Assembly: GCA_964641255.1 (NCBI GenBank)
Contig: CAZXMM010000001.1
Coordinates: 601,984-665,983 of the forward strand
Length of the DNA stretch: 64,000 nucleotides
Direction: 5' to 3'
From: an uncultured Gammaproteobacteria bacterium
GTDB lineage: Bacteria > Patescibacteriota > Microgenomatia > JAMCZE01
Position numbers and translations under genes: made by a program. The notes under the pieces were generated by a model. The model did not search any database. It had not been told where the DNA came from and saw nothing but the letters and a program-made list of their open reading frames with translations. This document shows, one piece after another, positions 63,338 through 64,000 of this stretch. The stretch's first letter is position 1, and the number at the start of each line of letters is the position of its first letter.

Positions 63338-63790
63338 CTAGCGGCATAAGCCCCCCTTTAAAACAACGTTCACCCCATACTGAGTAAAATCCTCTGGTAT
63401 AAAAAAGTAGTCGGCTATTTCTGCAGCCGGAAGATGTTTAACTTTCCCGAGTTCAGACTTTGGCATAAGAAGTTCGGCAGCGAAACACTGTGCTTCATGT
63501 TCCTGCTTAAAGGCAGTGAACTGGTCCCTGCTTTCAAAATAGAAGTGATTTCCCTGATGCAGGAAGTGATGTCCTAAGGCGTGAGCAATTAGTTCGCGCT
63601 GTTTTTTGGGACATTCGTTTTTGTTAATGCCGATACAGTCACCGAGATAGACCTCTTTCACCCTTCCATGAAACGACCAACTATCAAGTATCAGCTCTTC
63701 GCCGTCAATAATTGTCTGTAAATTAATCGGGGCAGTAGTCAGGTTGTACTTGCGCAAAACCTGCCTAGCCTTTTTTTGGGCTTTTATCAT
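63338..63790 (-). CDS. ImmA/IrrE-family metallopeptidase-like protein
   Basis: IAHALGHHFLH and E.EA..FAAELLMP; catalytic Glu of HExxH replaced by Ala. Confidence 0.85.
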   Translation of the reverse strand: MIKAQKKARQVLRKYNLTTAPINLQTIIDGEELILDSWSFHGRVKEVYLGDCIGINKNECPKKQRELIAHALGHHFLHQGNHFYFESRDQFTAFKQEHEAQCFAAELLMPKSELGKVKHLPAAEIADYFFIPEDFTQYGVNVVLKGGLCR

Positions 63791-64000
63791 ATTTTTTATT
63801 CCTTCTGGACTTTACATACTCGATGTAGTCCAGAACGGTTTGTCTTTCCCGTACGGTCATATCCTGAACTTCCTTCAGCATTAACGTAAAGGTTGCATCC
63901 TCTTTAACTCTCTTACTCGTTTTGTCCAAGTAGCCTGCTTTGTTTAGTAGTAATTCATAAGGGATGTTATACGCGACAGATAACCCTTTTAACTTGAACG
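63765..64000 (-). CDS. Xre/ImmR-like repressor (5' end outside window)
   Basis: Manual translation ...LKGLSVAYNIPYELLLNKAGYL...VLDYIEYVK..., overlapping the ImmA start. Confidence 0.7.
   Translation of the reverse strand, partial: FKLKGLSVAYNIPYELLLNKAGYLDKTSKRVKEDATFTLMLKEVQDMTVRERQTVLDYIEYVKSRRNKKYDKSPKKG

Larger units (their letters stand above)
60475..64000. mobile_element. Second integrative element at tRNA-Gly(GCC), partial
   Basis: LSR2 crossing the tRNA 3' end, ImmA/Xre pair, DUF3800; other end outside the window and exact crossover not determinable. Confidence 0.75.

Overview
Bacterial window whose gene families and leaderless gene starts (TATAAT 5-6 nt before the start codon) suggest a Patescibacteria/CPR genome; the taxon is an inference. 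Layout: (1) 1-11.4 kb mixed housekeeping and accessory genes (AbiEii/antitoxin pair, NfeD-SPFH, galU, tRNA-Gln, tRNA-Val, carbonic-anhydrase-like genes). (2) ~12.2-21.06 kb, an array of 0.4-2.3 kb gene cassettes separated by nine copies (eight with the 5' core, one 3'-partial) of a ~115-140 bp repeat. The repeat starts with an att-like core TTGTGCACCTGGAGCGA..AGTCTTGAAC, encodes a 37-45 aa peptide (CAPGAxSLELL...RYIL*) that looks like the severed C-terminus of a serine integrase, and usually ends in a -10 box that drives the next gene. (3) A ~38.5 kb ICE-like element (21065-59554) integrated at the 3' end of tRNA-Leu(GAG) by a large serine recombinase (LSR). It carries a large copper/redox cargo, a VirB4/PrgI/VirB6/pilin module, a coupling protein and a Replic_Relax-like protein. 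Joining its ends gives a palindromic attP and an in-frame alternative integrase C-terminus. (4) A cluster of seven tRNAs. (5) A second LSR element inserted in tRNA-Gly(GCC), running off the right edge, with DUF3800 plus an antisense structured RNA and an ImmA/ImmR pair. Main hypothesis: a serine-recombinase-built, tRNA-anchored, integron-like cassette array. All product names come from motif recognition by eye; no database search was run.
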